Positions 33,683 through 59,272 of a stretch of 64,000 nt of DNA are shown here, piece by piece. The position numbers and the translations under genes are program-made. The notes under the pieces are model-generated. The model was given only the letters and a program-made list of their open reading frames with translations. It was not told the DNA's origin and searched no databases. Source of the stretch: Amoebidium appalachense. Its lineage: Eukaryota > Protista > Ichthyosporea. How positions within the stretch are numbered: position 1 is the stretch's first letter; every line of letters begins with the position of its first letter. The DNA is taken from NCBI GenBank assembly GCA_963693365.1, contig CAVNZM010000014.1, positions 6,634,001-6,698,000 on the forward strand, in the 5' to 3' direction.

Positions 33683-34875
33683 AGGGGGGGTTGTTTTTAA
33701 GGTGTGTGGGTGCGTGGGTGTGTGGGTGGGGTGGGGGTGGGGTGGGGGAAGAGGGGGGGGGGGGGGGGGGGGGAGAGAGAGAGAGAGAGAGAGAGAGACT
33801 TAATCAGGGGTCGTGCACGCAGAGAAGACCTAAGTGTCGAATGAAAGAACATTCACTATAAAGTTGCCGAAAAAAAAAAGGAGCGGGAAGAATTCTATAC
33901 GCGAGAAAAAGGTTGTGCCTGCTTCCTTTCTCTGACACTTCAGGATCGTGGGTGTGGAGATATGTTCCTTGAATTTTGGTCAAAACATGGGCGTGTGAAC
34001 GACTAAGTCCGAGCATTAAACAAACTCTGTTGCTTTTTGCGACAGAAAACTTTTGGTTTGTACACGAAGGAACCAGAGCAGGATGAAAGATAGGCCGGGA
34101 AAGAAAAAAGAAAAAAACTTTTCAACTTTTCTATAAGGGGTACATGGTGACACAGTGGAGGGTTGTGCTGTCACCCACCTCTTGATACGGATCATCACCC
34201 ACCCCATCATCCTCACATCCTTTCACAGGTGTGCTCTCGGCGTAGAATTTACCCAATTTAGCCACATACGCCTCTCTCACTCTTGTCCAACAGCATTCTT
34301 TGCCTCCAGAGAGCAATCGCCAACGGCATTTTCTCTCATGTGCTCTTGAGTCCACTTGTGAGGGGATGATCTGTGAGGGTGGGGCATGGTGACCGCAGTG
34401 GGATGTTTCTGGCGACACACACCAGTGCTTTAGTTTAAAGCAGAGGCTCCAGAGTGTTTCCACGTTGGGGATGTAGTCTGTAGGTACCTAGGGAGAGGAA
34501 AATGATGTGAGATCTAGGCACGCTAGTAAGCAAGCCGTGGAGGGAGTTGAGAGTAAAGCTCAGGGGAGTCGTAAAAGAAAGGAAAGATGTGGGCTTCAGG
34601 AGTCCTGTTAGATTATCAAATCGATAACGTAGCTGCCACAGTTTTTTTACATTTGTCAAAGTTTCAGGCATATAACGCTGTTGATGCTTGGGTAAAATGA
34701 CATCCTATGTAGCCTGTTTGGTGTTGCAGCTTATGCTTGCATGAACGGTCAGTGGTCGAATTTGAAAGAAAGATGCTGCTCGTACCTGCTGCGAGCTGAC
34801 GGCGAAATCCCACACAGTAAGCGCTGCAGCAATTAGTTGCTCATTTTCGCCATAACGAGAGGACAAGCGTTTCAT
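26820..34875 (-). CDS. PARPBP: PCNA-interacting partner (PARI/PARPBP)-like protein, multi-exon; 5' end uncertain
   Basis: Spliced core ...[59 protein letters not shown]...[29 protein letters not shown] resembles the PARI motif as I recall it (N.PDRGL..AF..LK..A...SIF..ATSF.R..ELGGKGY). C-terminal [12 protein letters not shown] is a canonical PIP box. Confidence 0.72.
33109..33167. repeat. (TA)n microsatellite
   Basis: Direct reading; the only long TA tract in the window. Confidence 0.95.
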
Positions 34876-35587
34876 TTTCGTGGAAGAGATTTGAGGAGCG
34901 AAATCTGCATGTTCACCACAAGCAAGTTTCGTTGACTGTTATGTGAGATCCAGACCACTGCCCTGCCTACTACTCTTACACAGTCGTACTGTTAATTTGA
35001 ACATGAGAGAAGTAACTATTTTTTTTTCTTCTTGAGGTTGTAGAAAACACTAACGGTATAAACGATGGAAAGTAGGATTGAGATGTTGGGCAACATGAAC
35101 TTCGACTCTTACGAACCGAACAGTGACAGCTCTGCTGGCTGGATGATTTTTGAAAAGACCGCCCATTTTTCGAAACTTGTAATGTGCGTGCGTGACCCTC
35201 TGGGTAGAAGACGCATTTAAAATCCTTTAATACAGCAATTACAATTTTTACTCGGTATAATACCAAAAAATATATTCTAAACTTTCACTTTCTACTGCCA
35301 ACCAAAATCTAATACCACATCCGATTGGTGAATATCGCACCACCTCCCACATCTGCTGTAACGCAAATCTAGATCTCACATCCCGGGCCGCATGGGTCGA
35401 CGGGCGGGCATTTCGCGATCGCTTTCGGAGTTGACAAGCCTGCCACAAATTATTGTGATGTTGCTCAGCAGCTGAAGAGTAGAGCAGTTAAAAAGTTGAT
35501 CGGTTGCTCTAATTACGCAAACTATTACCATACCTGTATATATCTGTAGTATCTGCTTATTCTTTTGTTGGTAGACAGAATAGAACA

Positions 35588-41568
<5,981 letters not shown>

Positions 41569-41637
41569 GCCCCATTTCCCTATTGCTCATCTATTATATT
41601 CTTGGACCATTCTCCTTTTTTTCTATTTTATTTCCCC

Positions 41638-41668
<31 letters not shown>

Positions 41669-42949
41669 CCCTCCCCCTTTCCTGCCTACAAGTTTTTGCC
41701 TACGGTAGTAGCCATTTCCTTTGCAGCCGTGTTGTTTTAGTTGTTGTTGTTGTTCATGTTGTGTGTTTTTTTTTTTTTTTTTTTTTTTTTGTGTACAAGT
41801 TTTTCCCCTCTTTTTCCCCTTTCCTTCTCTCTTTTTTTTTTTTGGACACTGTATCACTGATAGTAATAAGCATGTGGGTAGAAAGGATGGCATTCACCTC
41901 ACACACAGTGTATTCAAGTGACCAAAAACTGCAAATCACCCAAAAGCAGTCATTAATTAGTCCGCTAGGTTTATTTGGGACGCTATAAGGGCAGTATATT
42001 CGATTGAGCACATGGTGGGTGAGCCCATACGCCATAGGCCCCGTCATTTTCATGCACTGTGATCCCGTCGACTATGAGAGCACTAGTGTTTCATATGTAG
42101 ACACACACACACTGTTTGCAGAAGTTGGTTGTGCGATACTGCTTTTATGGCAAACACATTTTGATGAGATAAAGTTCTTATGTGATATACTGTACACGAA
42201 AACGTACAGCCGCGGACTCAGAAATAAAACAAAAGTATATGATGACATGTTGGTACAAGGAGCATGATTTCCGTGGTTTGCGCAAGTACTAGAGTTAGTG
42301 TTCCGCAGGGAAAGTTTGTGTGCACGTGCACCAACAGAACATGTGTGAAGATGGGTGGCAAATTGAAGGACACAGGATATTGGTACTCTTCCCCCCCCCC
42401 CCCCCCCCCCCCCCCGGCCCACCCGGGGACCACCACAACCACCAAATAGAAGTATATGAGTTTCACACGCAGACACACACGCACCACACACACACACACA
42501 CACACACACACAACGCTGATTGTGTGCAATACACACCATGAATTACAGAACCTTTAACTATTTGGTTGGCAGACTTATTGCGAAAAAAGTGTGCAGGCAG
42601 CCGTTTTCTTTTCTTTCTCAGGCTTTCTTTCTTCTTTTTTGTCAAGGGGAGGGGGAGGGGGGAAAGATGTACTTGCACTTGTTTGCACCTATAGCTACGA
42701 GTAAACCGCTGAGAAAGCGCGGGATGCAAGTAAACATGGCGATAAGCTAAAATAAAACTCAGGTGCCAGGCCTAAACCTTTTATTGTGACGGGCCGATTG
42801 CGAAAGGACCATTGTAACACGCACCCTTGCCAGATTCAACATAATACAAATTTTGTTACAATTGTGACAATTTCTATTTTTTTAACAAGAAGTATAAGTC
42901 CTTTGACTTACACCTATTCTAGGGCAATAAAAACTTTAACCCAAAAACA

Positions 42950-44692
42950 ACAGCAAGGCAGGCAGCTCCGGGGGGTGTCAAAGAGACCCCACCCACCCAC
43001 ACCGGCCAAACCCAGTGACTGGGCGGCACAAAGGGTGTCTTCATTGCACCTGTCTGGCAGAACTAATACTTATGGCTCTAGCGTACACAGATGAGGGCGT
43101 GAATGAGTCGGAACAATGTTGGTGCCAGCAGCTACCACACACAAACACACACACACACACATATACTCCGTCTACCTCCCTCCACGTACACGGTACGACA
43201 CCAATCGCAAGCAGGCATGGGTACGCACACGGCCAGTGCACGCCGCAGGCCTTTTGCCGCCCTCCCGCCAGAACGGTTGGGTAGCACAGGAACTTCCGCG
43301 TGTGATTAAACCGGCTCCCTGCGGCAAGCATCTCATGTTGCACGCCACACACACGACACACGAACCCAGCCCCTCTCACCTACCAACACTTACCTTGTAC
43401 TCTTTTGTTGGTTTAGGCCCGGCACTTACACACGTAACCTATACTCACAGAACGAGAGACAGAAAGAGGCCCTATTTGAACCTGCTCAGCATCACTAACC
43501 CCTCCTACTGTGCTATATCGTACGCAGTATGATGCTTGCGCAAGTGTACGGCAACATATTGGCGTGAGCAACTAACACACACATACATCACACTAGTTCC
43601 CCTCTTTTACTTCCCTCCACGTACACGGTACAAAACAAATCGCAGGCAGGTATGGGTACGCACACGGCCAGTGCACGCCGCAGGCCTTTTGCCTCCCTCC
43701 CGCCAGAGCGATTGGGTGGCACAGGAGCTTCCACGTGTGATCAAACCGGCTACTTGCAACCAAGCAACTCATGTTGCACACCACGTACACGATGCTCAAT
43801 GATTCGGGCACATATAGACTCAACCATTCGGGCACCTATAGACCAACCAACGCTTACTATACAAATTTTTTAACCGAAGATTGAAATAGGTAAACATCAG
43901 CTAGCCAGGCAGCTTGTCGTGGTTGCACCCTACCTGGGCATCACACCCTCCCTTCGCGCTCTAGCGTTTGTGTGGAGTGCGCAAGAACAACATTGGTGCC
44001 AGCCACACAAACACATACACACACACGCACACACTCAACGTACACGCTACAACACAAAACGTAGGCAGGCATGGGTTCGCACACGGCCAGTGCACGCCGA
44101 GGGCCTTTTGCTGCCCTCCCGCCAGAGCGGTTGGGTAGCACAGGAACTTACTCAAGTGATTAAATCGGCTACTTGCGACCAAGCGTCTCATGTTTCACGC
44201 CACATTCACGAACAGTCAACTTTGTGGTAACAGAAACACTTACCAATACTTACCATTCAGTTCGTTTGCTCTTCCAAGAACAAACATGGGGCCAAAGGCA
44301 GGAAGCTCGGGGGACCTCATGGGAGAGAAACCCCACTAGCTGATTTCGCCGTACCCACAGATTGGGAGGCAGAGGAAGGCGGCTTCATCGCACCCTGCCT
44401 TGCATCACTAGTGCCTCCCTTCTCAAACTAGCGTACATAGATGTTTGCGTGAGTGCTTGAGAAAATGTTGGTGCCAGCAACTACAACATGGACTCTCTCT
44501 AGGTCACCTCCACCGCTAGTCCTCTCTCCACGTACACGGTACGACATATATCGCACGCAGGCATGGAAACCGCGCACGGCCAGTGCACGCCGAGGGCCTT
44601 TTACCACCCTACCGCGAGAGCGGACGGGTAGCACAGGAGCATCCTCGAGTGGTTAAACCGACTCCCTGCGGCCAAGCGTCTCACGTTGCAAA

Positions 44693-44696
<4 letters not shown>
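42950..44696. repeat. Four diverged tandem copies of a ~430-490-bp unit with a conserved ~170-bp core
   Basis: Cores at about 43182-43350, 43617-43786, 44038-44205 and 44528-44696 (acgtacacg.tac...gcacacggccagtgcacgccg...gcacagga). A second block, ctagcgt...ttggtgccagc, precedes three of them. Confidence 0.85.
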
Positions 44697-44756
<60 letters not shown>

Positions 44757-45701
44757 ACTGTGGAAAGAACGTGTTTTTGCCTTTATACCCTCGGGATCTA
44801 ACGTCAAGCTGGGTCACCTGACTCACCTCATCTGACTGGCTAATAACAAACTTCGTCATCAGTCGATTACCTTAAAATAGAAACCTTGATCAGTTCCTAT
44901 TTGCTGCTGAAATTCTGCATAGACACCCACAGGACTGAATTTTCCGTGCTATACAGTTTTCAGGTATCTTACCTATAATCATCTTTGTATGCACTTGTTA
45001 CTGGATAAGTCGTAAATTTTTATAAAACTATCGCCTAATAAGCATGCCGTGCATATCTACATATCCCTCCGTTGATTGAATCCAGTCAAAAGAAATAGAA
45101 TTACGTGCTACTTTCTATTTCAGGTACGCTGTAATTTAGTAATTGAGCCCAAGACAGTCAAAACACCCCCGCCGTGGCTCCAAAGTCCAATAGGATGCCT
45201 TTCCATAAGCCTTTTCCTATTGGCTGCGGGAACGGAGTTTGTTTTTTCCTTCAACGCCACGTCACAGTGCAGCATCAACCTGCCACTGGCCAGGTCACGG
45301 GCCGTGCTGGCACGTGCTGACGGTGCCTGGGCTGCTATGAACTTGCAACGGTTCGCCTCACACCCATCTATTTTTCCTTACACTCTCGCGACCGCATGCA
45401 TGCTTTTTCTCGCAGCGGCTCTACGGTCCCGAGAGTCCAATGTTCGCTGTGTGTGTAAGCAAAAATACGAGTCACCTCAGTAGGTGACAGCGGGCCGTGT
45501 ACATTTTGCTGGACATATGTATCATCTGAAATGCTTGACATGTTCTTGACGACTTGATCATGCTTATGTTTTTGTAGGAGGCCTAAGTGAAAAACTCACG
45601 GGTGTGAGTGTATCAGTAGAATTGAGGGTAAAACAACCGTTACCTACAAGTTGTAGGCCTGTGCACACAAACATTTCGCCGCACCGGCACAACATTCAGC
45701 C

Positions 45702-52640
<6,939 letters not shown>

Positions 52641-53979
52641 ATCACCCCTAGGACCCCCCCCCCCCCCCTTCCCCCTCCCCCTTTCTCTCTCTCTCTGTCT
52701 CTCTCTCCCCCCCCCCCCCCCCAAAAAAAAAAAAAAAAAAAAAAAGCACACACACACGTGCACAAACACACACACGTATAGGTAGAGAGATAGAGACAGA
52801 GTGAGAAAAGGAGAAGAAACAAAAGAAAAGACTAACAAAAAAGGCACACACCTATTGTTCTTGATGTTGCAGGCTGACATCACATCCACGTCATATACAG
52901 GAATGTTTGTATAATATGATACACAAAAACACCATTAAAGTTTTGTAGTGCCAATATTGGTATCGTGTTGTAAATGTAAATATTACAGAAATGGGAGTGA
53001 AAGGGTAGAGGAGCAAATGTTTGTTAAACACGCCAGTAAACCACGCCGTATGAAACAATGATCTTTTTTCCCTTCTTGCTCCTCCTTCTCAGTGTTTGTT
53101 TTTTTTTTCGTTAGCTGGCTGGGTTTTGACCATGTATCAGGGGTTAACAAAGCCCCCCGAGTCCAATCTATGTACCAATATTCCTACTATTTTTGTTGTT
53201 GTAAACATGAATGTGACTAGCAAATGTCTGCATACAATTTTATTGGTGTTTGGACCATAACATTTGACTGCACGCATCAGCATTGGTAGTGTTTTGACCA
53301 TGATTTCCTTTTGTATAGTTATGTATTGATTGTAATAATGAATTGATGCAAACAAACGTACAAGATGTGCACGGCAGTATTGGGTACATACGCCCATTAA
53401 AGCCCGACACACACATACACGCACACATGCTTTTGCCACAAAATTTAAACACACACAGGTGTGTGCTCGGGCCAAACAGAGACAGGCAGACACTACTACA
53501 CACACAAGTACACACATCCCCATGCACGCGCGCACACACACTTACAGAGGAACACACACGTACACACACACACACACATACACGTGCATGCGCGCGCGCA
53601 CCCGCACCCGCACACGCACACAACCGGCGGAATCATTATGTACTGTAATCGCGCATGTCATGATGCATTAGATCTCGCATTACATTAATTTTGCCCAACA
53701 CAATGTTCACACACCAAAAGTTGGTGCCGGGTGCATCATGGTCACGCAGCACTTGCAAACACACACACACGTGCGCACATGCACACTCAAACCCACATAC
53801 AGTGTAAGTGCACACAGGCACATTCACTACACGTGCACTTATACTTGCAGTCATCGCGTGTGCGAACGATATTGTAAGCCCAATTCGATGCGGCCACGGG
53901 GCACCATTCGGAACAAGGAAGATTTTGGTGGGAGGGGAGCTGGGGAGGTGCGTGGGCGGGGTGGAGCCACGGGAGGGAG

Positions 53980-54011
<32 letters not shown>

Positions 54012-54127
54012 TGGATCCTTCCGGAGAACGGGACTCTTGTGTGGCCACCGGATAACCAGCATGTCGTGCACATTATTAGCGCTAGCCCCTCCCCCCTCCC
54101 CCCCCCCCCTCCCTCCGGGGACCCGGG

Positions 54128-54397
54128 GGCAAGCTCACTCATCGACTTACGACTACAATCATGTAGCTTAGGGAGGCTTTTGTGTGTACACGTGCATGCG
54201 GTTTTTTTCTTTGAAATTCCTTTCTTTCTTTCTTTTCTTTTCTTTTTCTTTTTTTTTTTTTTTTTTTTTTTTTGGGGGGGGGGGGGGGGAGGGGGGGAGG
54301 AAGGGGAGGCCGAGGAGGCAAGCTCACTCATCGACTTACGACTACAATCATGTAGCTTAGGGAGGCTTTTGTGTGTACACGTGCATGCGGTTTTTTT
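54128..54397. repeat. Identical ~80-bp direct repeat, each copy followed by T-run then G-run
   Basis: ggcaagctcactcatcgacttacgac...gtgcatgcggttttttt occurs at about 54128 and about 54317. Confidence 0.9.
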
Positions 54398-54799
54398 CTT
54401 TCCTTTCTTTCTTTGTTTTCTTTTCTTTTTTTTTTTTTTTTTTTTTTTGGGGGGGGGGGGGGGGGGGGAAAGGAAGAGGGGGGGGGGGGGGGGGGGGGAG
54501 GGGGGCGGAGGAGGAGGGGGGGGGGGGGGGGGGAGGGGGGGGAAGGAAGGGGAGGGACCCACTTAATTCATTTTGGACACGAGGCCCGGGGGGAGGCCGG
54601 GGAAGGAGGGGGAGGGCTCTGAAAGGGCCAGCCCACTAATACCCCTTGAGCACTGTCAAGGTGCCACGGTAACCCCCAGGGCAGACCACCAGCCCCCCCC
54701 AACCTTAAGCTTCTCCGACGAGCTTTTGTAGACTAAATTGTAGTACTTGATCCGTCATGTCGCTGAGGGGATTCGGGAATCTATTTTTTGGCCGCCAAA

Positions 54800-55280
54800 T
54801 TTAACCAATCAGTGGCAAGCTGATGACGTCATACACCTACAAAAATTGTGTAAACCCATTATAGGGGGCCCCCCGGCCAAACTCGGCCTTTTTCCACAAC
54901 GGGGCCATTTGGTTGGCTGGCGCGGGGCCGGGGTTACGTAACGCGGTGGGGTCGGGGGGGGCCAGACCACGATATAGAGGTTTGGGGGGAGCCTTGCATA
55001 GGGCCTTACGTAAGCTGACGTAAGGCGGCTAGGCGACGGCGGGCCGCAACCGCTAATGATTTCGTTAGTAGGGGACCAATCAGATTCTTGGGTTGTGCCA
55101 GTTGCCTCGTGAGCCGTGATACTGAACCAGTCGGAGGGCCCAGTTGTGAAAGTTAGCTAATGAACGTTAATTACACCTGTAGCACGACCGGGCGATATGA
55201 TTGGGTAGGCCTTTTGAATGAAATGGTTGGGTAGGAATCACGGAATTGTCTTAGCGGCTAGTGGAGAAGTATAAAAAAGG
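54800..55280 (+). promoter_or_regulatory. Promoter-like region with CCAAT boxes, bZIP sites and a TATA box
   Basis: TGACGTCA 54824-54831, TTACGTAA at 54934 and 55006, TGACGTAA at 55016, CCAAT/ATTGG at about 54805, 55076 and 55199, TATAAAA at 55270. Confidence 0.6.
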
Positions 55281-55885
55281 TGAACACGATACTACGGCGT
55301 CGATCACTTTGTCACCGTAGCGCGGTGTAGAGCTGAGTAGAGGAAAGCTGTCTGGAGCGAGCTTTTTTTTTTTTTTTAAGTAGTGCATAACAGTCAAACT
55401 CGAGTGTGGATATCTTTGAACACGAGTAGGAGGTTTACTCTTTGTCGAAGTACTGTTTGTTGTGTTTTTTTGACAAATAGTAAGTTAAGATAAGTCGCTG
55501 AAGTTCTTTCTTTTTACAACTTTTTTGTTGACTGCGGCCGAGCTGTCAATATTAGGCACCTCATAGAATTATGGTCGGATCATTTTTCGAAGCTTCGGGA
55601 ACATGAATTATTGGCGGCAACTGATCTGAGTGCGAGCTGATGGCTCTTCAAGCTGAAATTGGTCAGGGCCGGAATCGGATCCCTGACAGGTGCATTTTGG
55701 GTCGAAAGACGTAGGGCCCCCTTTCGTTTCCGATGTTCTCGACTGACCGTGGTCACAGTAGCCTGAGACACAAACAGTAAAAAAATTCTGTGGGAGCACT
55801 AGGACTTCTTGCGCGCACCAGTATTGAATTTAGCACACCTTCCGCACACACACGCATATATACACAGCACAGAAATAACGTTGAA

Positions 55886-56636
55886 ATGGCGGGCGGGCAA
55901 GGCGAAAAAAAGCAGTCAGCTCCGCCCAAGGAAAAGGAAAAGCTCACCGGGATACTTCCCCTATTCCGCACCCTTTTTGGTGCCACTCACACAGACAATG
56001 TTAAACTGCGCTTTCCTTCAAGTGATAAAGAAGTCTGGCTCGTACCCCGCCGGGTTCTCATGCAAGACTCCCCGTTTTTCGAGGCCATGTTCAGGTCCGA
56101 CTGTGTGGAAAATTCAACCAACGAGGTAGCCCTGTACGACATTACCCGCACTGCTTTTGACAAGTATCTTCAGCTGTCATGGCAAGTAGCCACAGAGGAT
56201 CTTGAGCCCAGCTATCTTGGCCGAAGATGAGGTTGTAGAAGTGGCCCCCGTAGCACACTTCTGTCAGAACATGAAAGTGCTCGCACACTGCCGAGCTTCA
56301 GTCGAGTATTATCCGACCCTTGATGGTGTTCTTGCCATATGTGGAGATCGCCCCGCAGACCCGACGGACACATGGTCCGATTCTGTTATCAATTCACTGG
56401 TAAAGGAAATATACGTCTTACAGAAGCCAACGGATGTTGATCAGGGGGACAACCGGGTGCTTTTGGACCAAACACTGAACAAGAAACAAGCAGTCTGTGT
56501 GCTTCGATTCCCTGCTCTTAAGGAGGAGGTCGAAGCCAAACTACAGCGGCTGCCTGCACATATTTTGGTTGCCGTTTTGAAGAGGAGCGCAAACAACATG
56601 GTGGTGATCTCAAATTGGCGCTCTGGCAAGTGCTAA
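55886..56636 (+). CDS. Intronless BTB/POZ-domain protein with one frameshift near 56220 (pseudogene or sequence error)
   Basis: DNVKLRF...VPRRVLMQDSPFFEAMFRSDCVENSTNEVALYDITRTAFDKYLQ is BTB-like. The sequence continues in another frame as EDEVVEVAPVAHFCQNMKVLAHC. Confidence 0.75.
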
Positions 56637-57257
56637 TATGTTAGGTTAGGGGATGAAAGTGTCGGTTGTGTGCTTTTTCGTTTTGAGCGCGCTCGCAGAC
56701 TGGGGATTTAATCAATAACTGAGACAATAGACGGAGGATGGGAGGAGCTTAAGGGAAGGGCTAGGAATCGGGGGGGGGGGGGGGGGGGGGGGAGGGGGGG
56801 GGGGAGGGGGGGGGGAGTGGTATGTACATATGGTTACCTTAACTTGCGAGTTACATATCAACCCTAGGCCTGTAGTATCCCGTCACTGAAAGACCACGTG
56901 ATCCCCCCCGCACGCTCATGACAGACAACATTGTGTTTGCACACGTATGTATACACACCTTCCCGTTACACGGGCGGACATTGGACCACAACCATTTAGG
57001 TCGCGTATATTCTGGCTGTTTGGGGGGTATTTCGCGTTATGAGTGTCAAGTCCAGGCTTACCATCAGATGTTTTGACTTTCAAGGGATGTTTTGACTTGG
57101 CGGATTCTTTGGTTCAACCTTTGTGCAATACTTTATTATATTTAAGTATCGAGAAGCTGGCACAATAAACAATCCCAGTTTTACAAGGCAAAATCTTTAG
57201 GCGCAAGACCTTTGGGTGTTTGGGGGAAGAGGCGGCGGAAAAGTCGGGGGAAGGCCG

Positions 57258-57293
<36 letters not shown>

Positions 57294-58214
57294 AGTTCCT
57301 TTATCCCGTATTTGGGCAGATATTAGGGCTTTTATGGATGGATTTTGACACATATTTTAAAACTTTATAGAAAATGAAAAGCCAACTTGTGTAAAATCCC
57401 CCCCTCCCCCTCCCCCCCCCCCTCCGCGCCTCCTACACACACTCACACACACACACACACCCCTGTTGTTTTGCACGGGTCTTAAGGGAGCAGAGTGCAC
57501 AGAGGTGTCATGTAAACACGACAAACACAATATGGAGAGGGCAAACGGAGTTGTTCACGGCACAAGAAAGTTTGAAACAACAACTGACGTTTATTGCACT
57601 CTCAGGCCTTTTCGTTCTGGCCCATTCAACATCTCATCTCAACTAAAAGAAGGGAACCAATCGGGTTCCTTCAAACTACAGAGCAATACATTCCAATCTA
57701 GAAACGCTTTCTAACTTCCGGCACAACTTGAACAGAAGCTTAGAAACTCTACTTAAATAAATTAAGTAACTCAAACAACTCACTATTAATACACATAATA
57801 TATTTACATTCGTCTCTATAGAGAAACTCATCAGTAAATATATATATTTCCTAATAGTCGACACTCTCAGAGTGAGGACACATCATAGGAAACGAATTCA
57901 AACAGATCTAATGTGTCCAATCAAAACACGTATATTAATAGACAGGAATGCAACCCCAATCATTGATGGTCTATAAATCGGCTCACTCACGTCTATTGGC
58001 GAGCCCTCCTATTTCGACCTAAAACAAAGACAACAAATATAGCTAGTCAATCACTCTACTCACAGCAAAACAGAGGAGAGCAAACACAAGTAAAACACAA
58101 CACATCCTGACAGGCAAGGGAGCCAGGTGTGCACAGATCTACAGATATCTGTGCACACAGAAACAAGGGGGAGAGAGAGAGATACGGGGGGGGGGGGAGG
58201 GGGCGGGGGGGGGG

Positions 58215-58251
<37 letters not shown>

Positions 58252-58679
58252 AGGGGGAAAAAGGAAGAGAGCACAAAGGAGAAAACAAGACACGAATACA
58301 AACAAAGCTAAGACACATACACATACTTTAAGTCTCTTGCTGGCCTACGTCGATACGTATTCCAACACACACAGACACACACAGACCCTCCTCTCCCCTT
58401 GCCACCATCCCATGGCCCCCAACCGGGTCCCCTTGCCCCCTCCCCCCCCCCCCCCCCCCCTCCCCCCGCCCCCCGCCCGCCCTCCTCCTCCTCCTTCTCC
58501 ACTTACAAAGTGGCGCGCACACACCTGCGTTTGTGATGCATCATTTGCACGGGCAGGTGAACACAAGCGGCATGCATACTATGCACACACATGCAAGCAC
58601 ACACACAAGGAGGCATGCACACACGTCTGTACGCACGTATGGAAAGCACATCCAAACACAACACCCACCCACCCACCCA

Positions 58680-58845
<166 letters not shown>

Positions 58846-58995
58846 TGTCACACACACACACACACACACACGAGCGCACACGTGCACACAAACACTCGCA
58901 CGTACGCGCACGCGCACACATGCGCGCGCACACGCACACGCACACACACACGCACACACACATATACAAACACACACGTGCGCGCACACACACGT

Positions 58996-59028
<33 letters not shown>

Positions 59029-59196
59029 TGCACATACACGCACAAACATATGGCACAGGGATACACACACATACACACACACAGACGCCGCAGTCCACGG
59101 CTGCTGCGCACGGCATGCAGGCTGATACCTAGCAGTACCCCATGGGTGCCCAGCACACAAAGCAGCAGCACCAGCATCTCGGTACGCTGCCATTTT

Positions 59197-59272
<76 letters not shown>

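Noticed and set aside
42950-44696. CRISPR array or U1 snRNA genes (ATACTTACC at about 44246)
   Set aside because: Repeat size and divergence do not fit CRISPR. The sequence after ATACTTACC does not resemble U1; it is simply the complement of a donor-like site.
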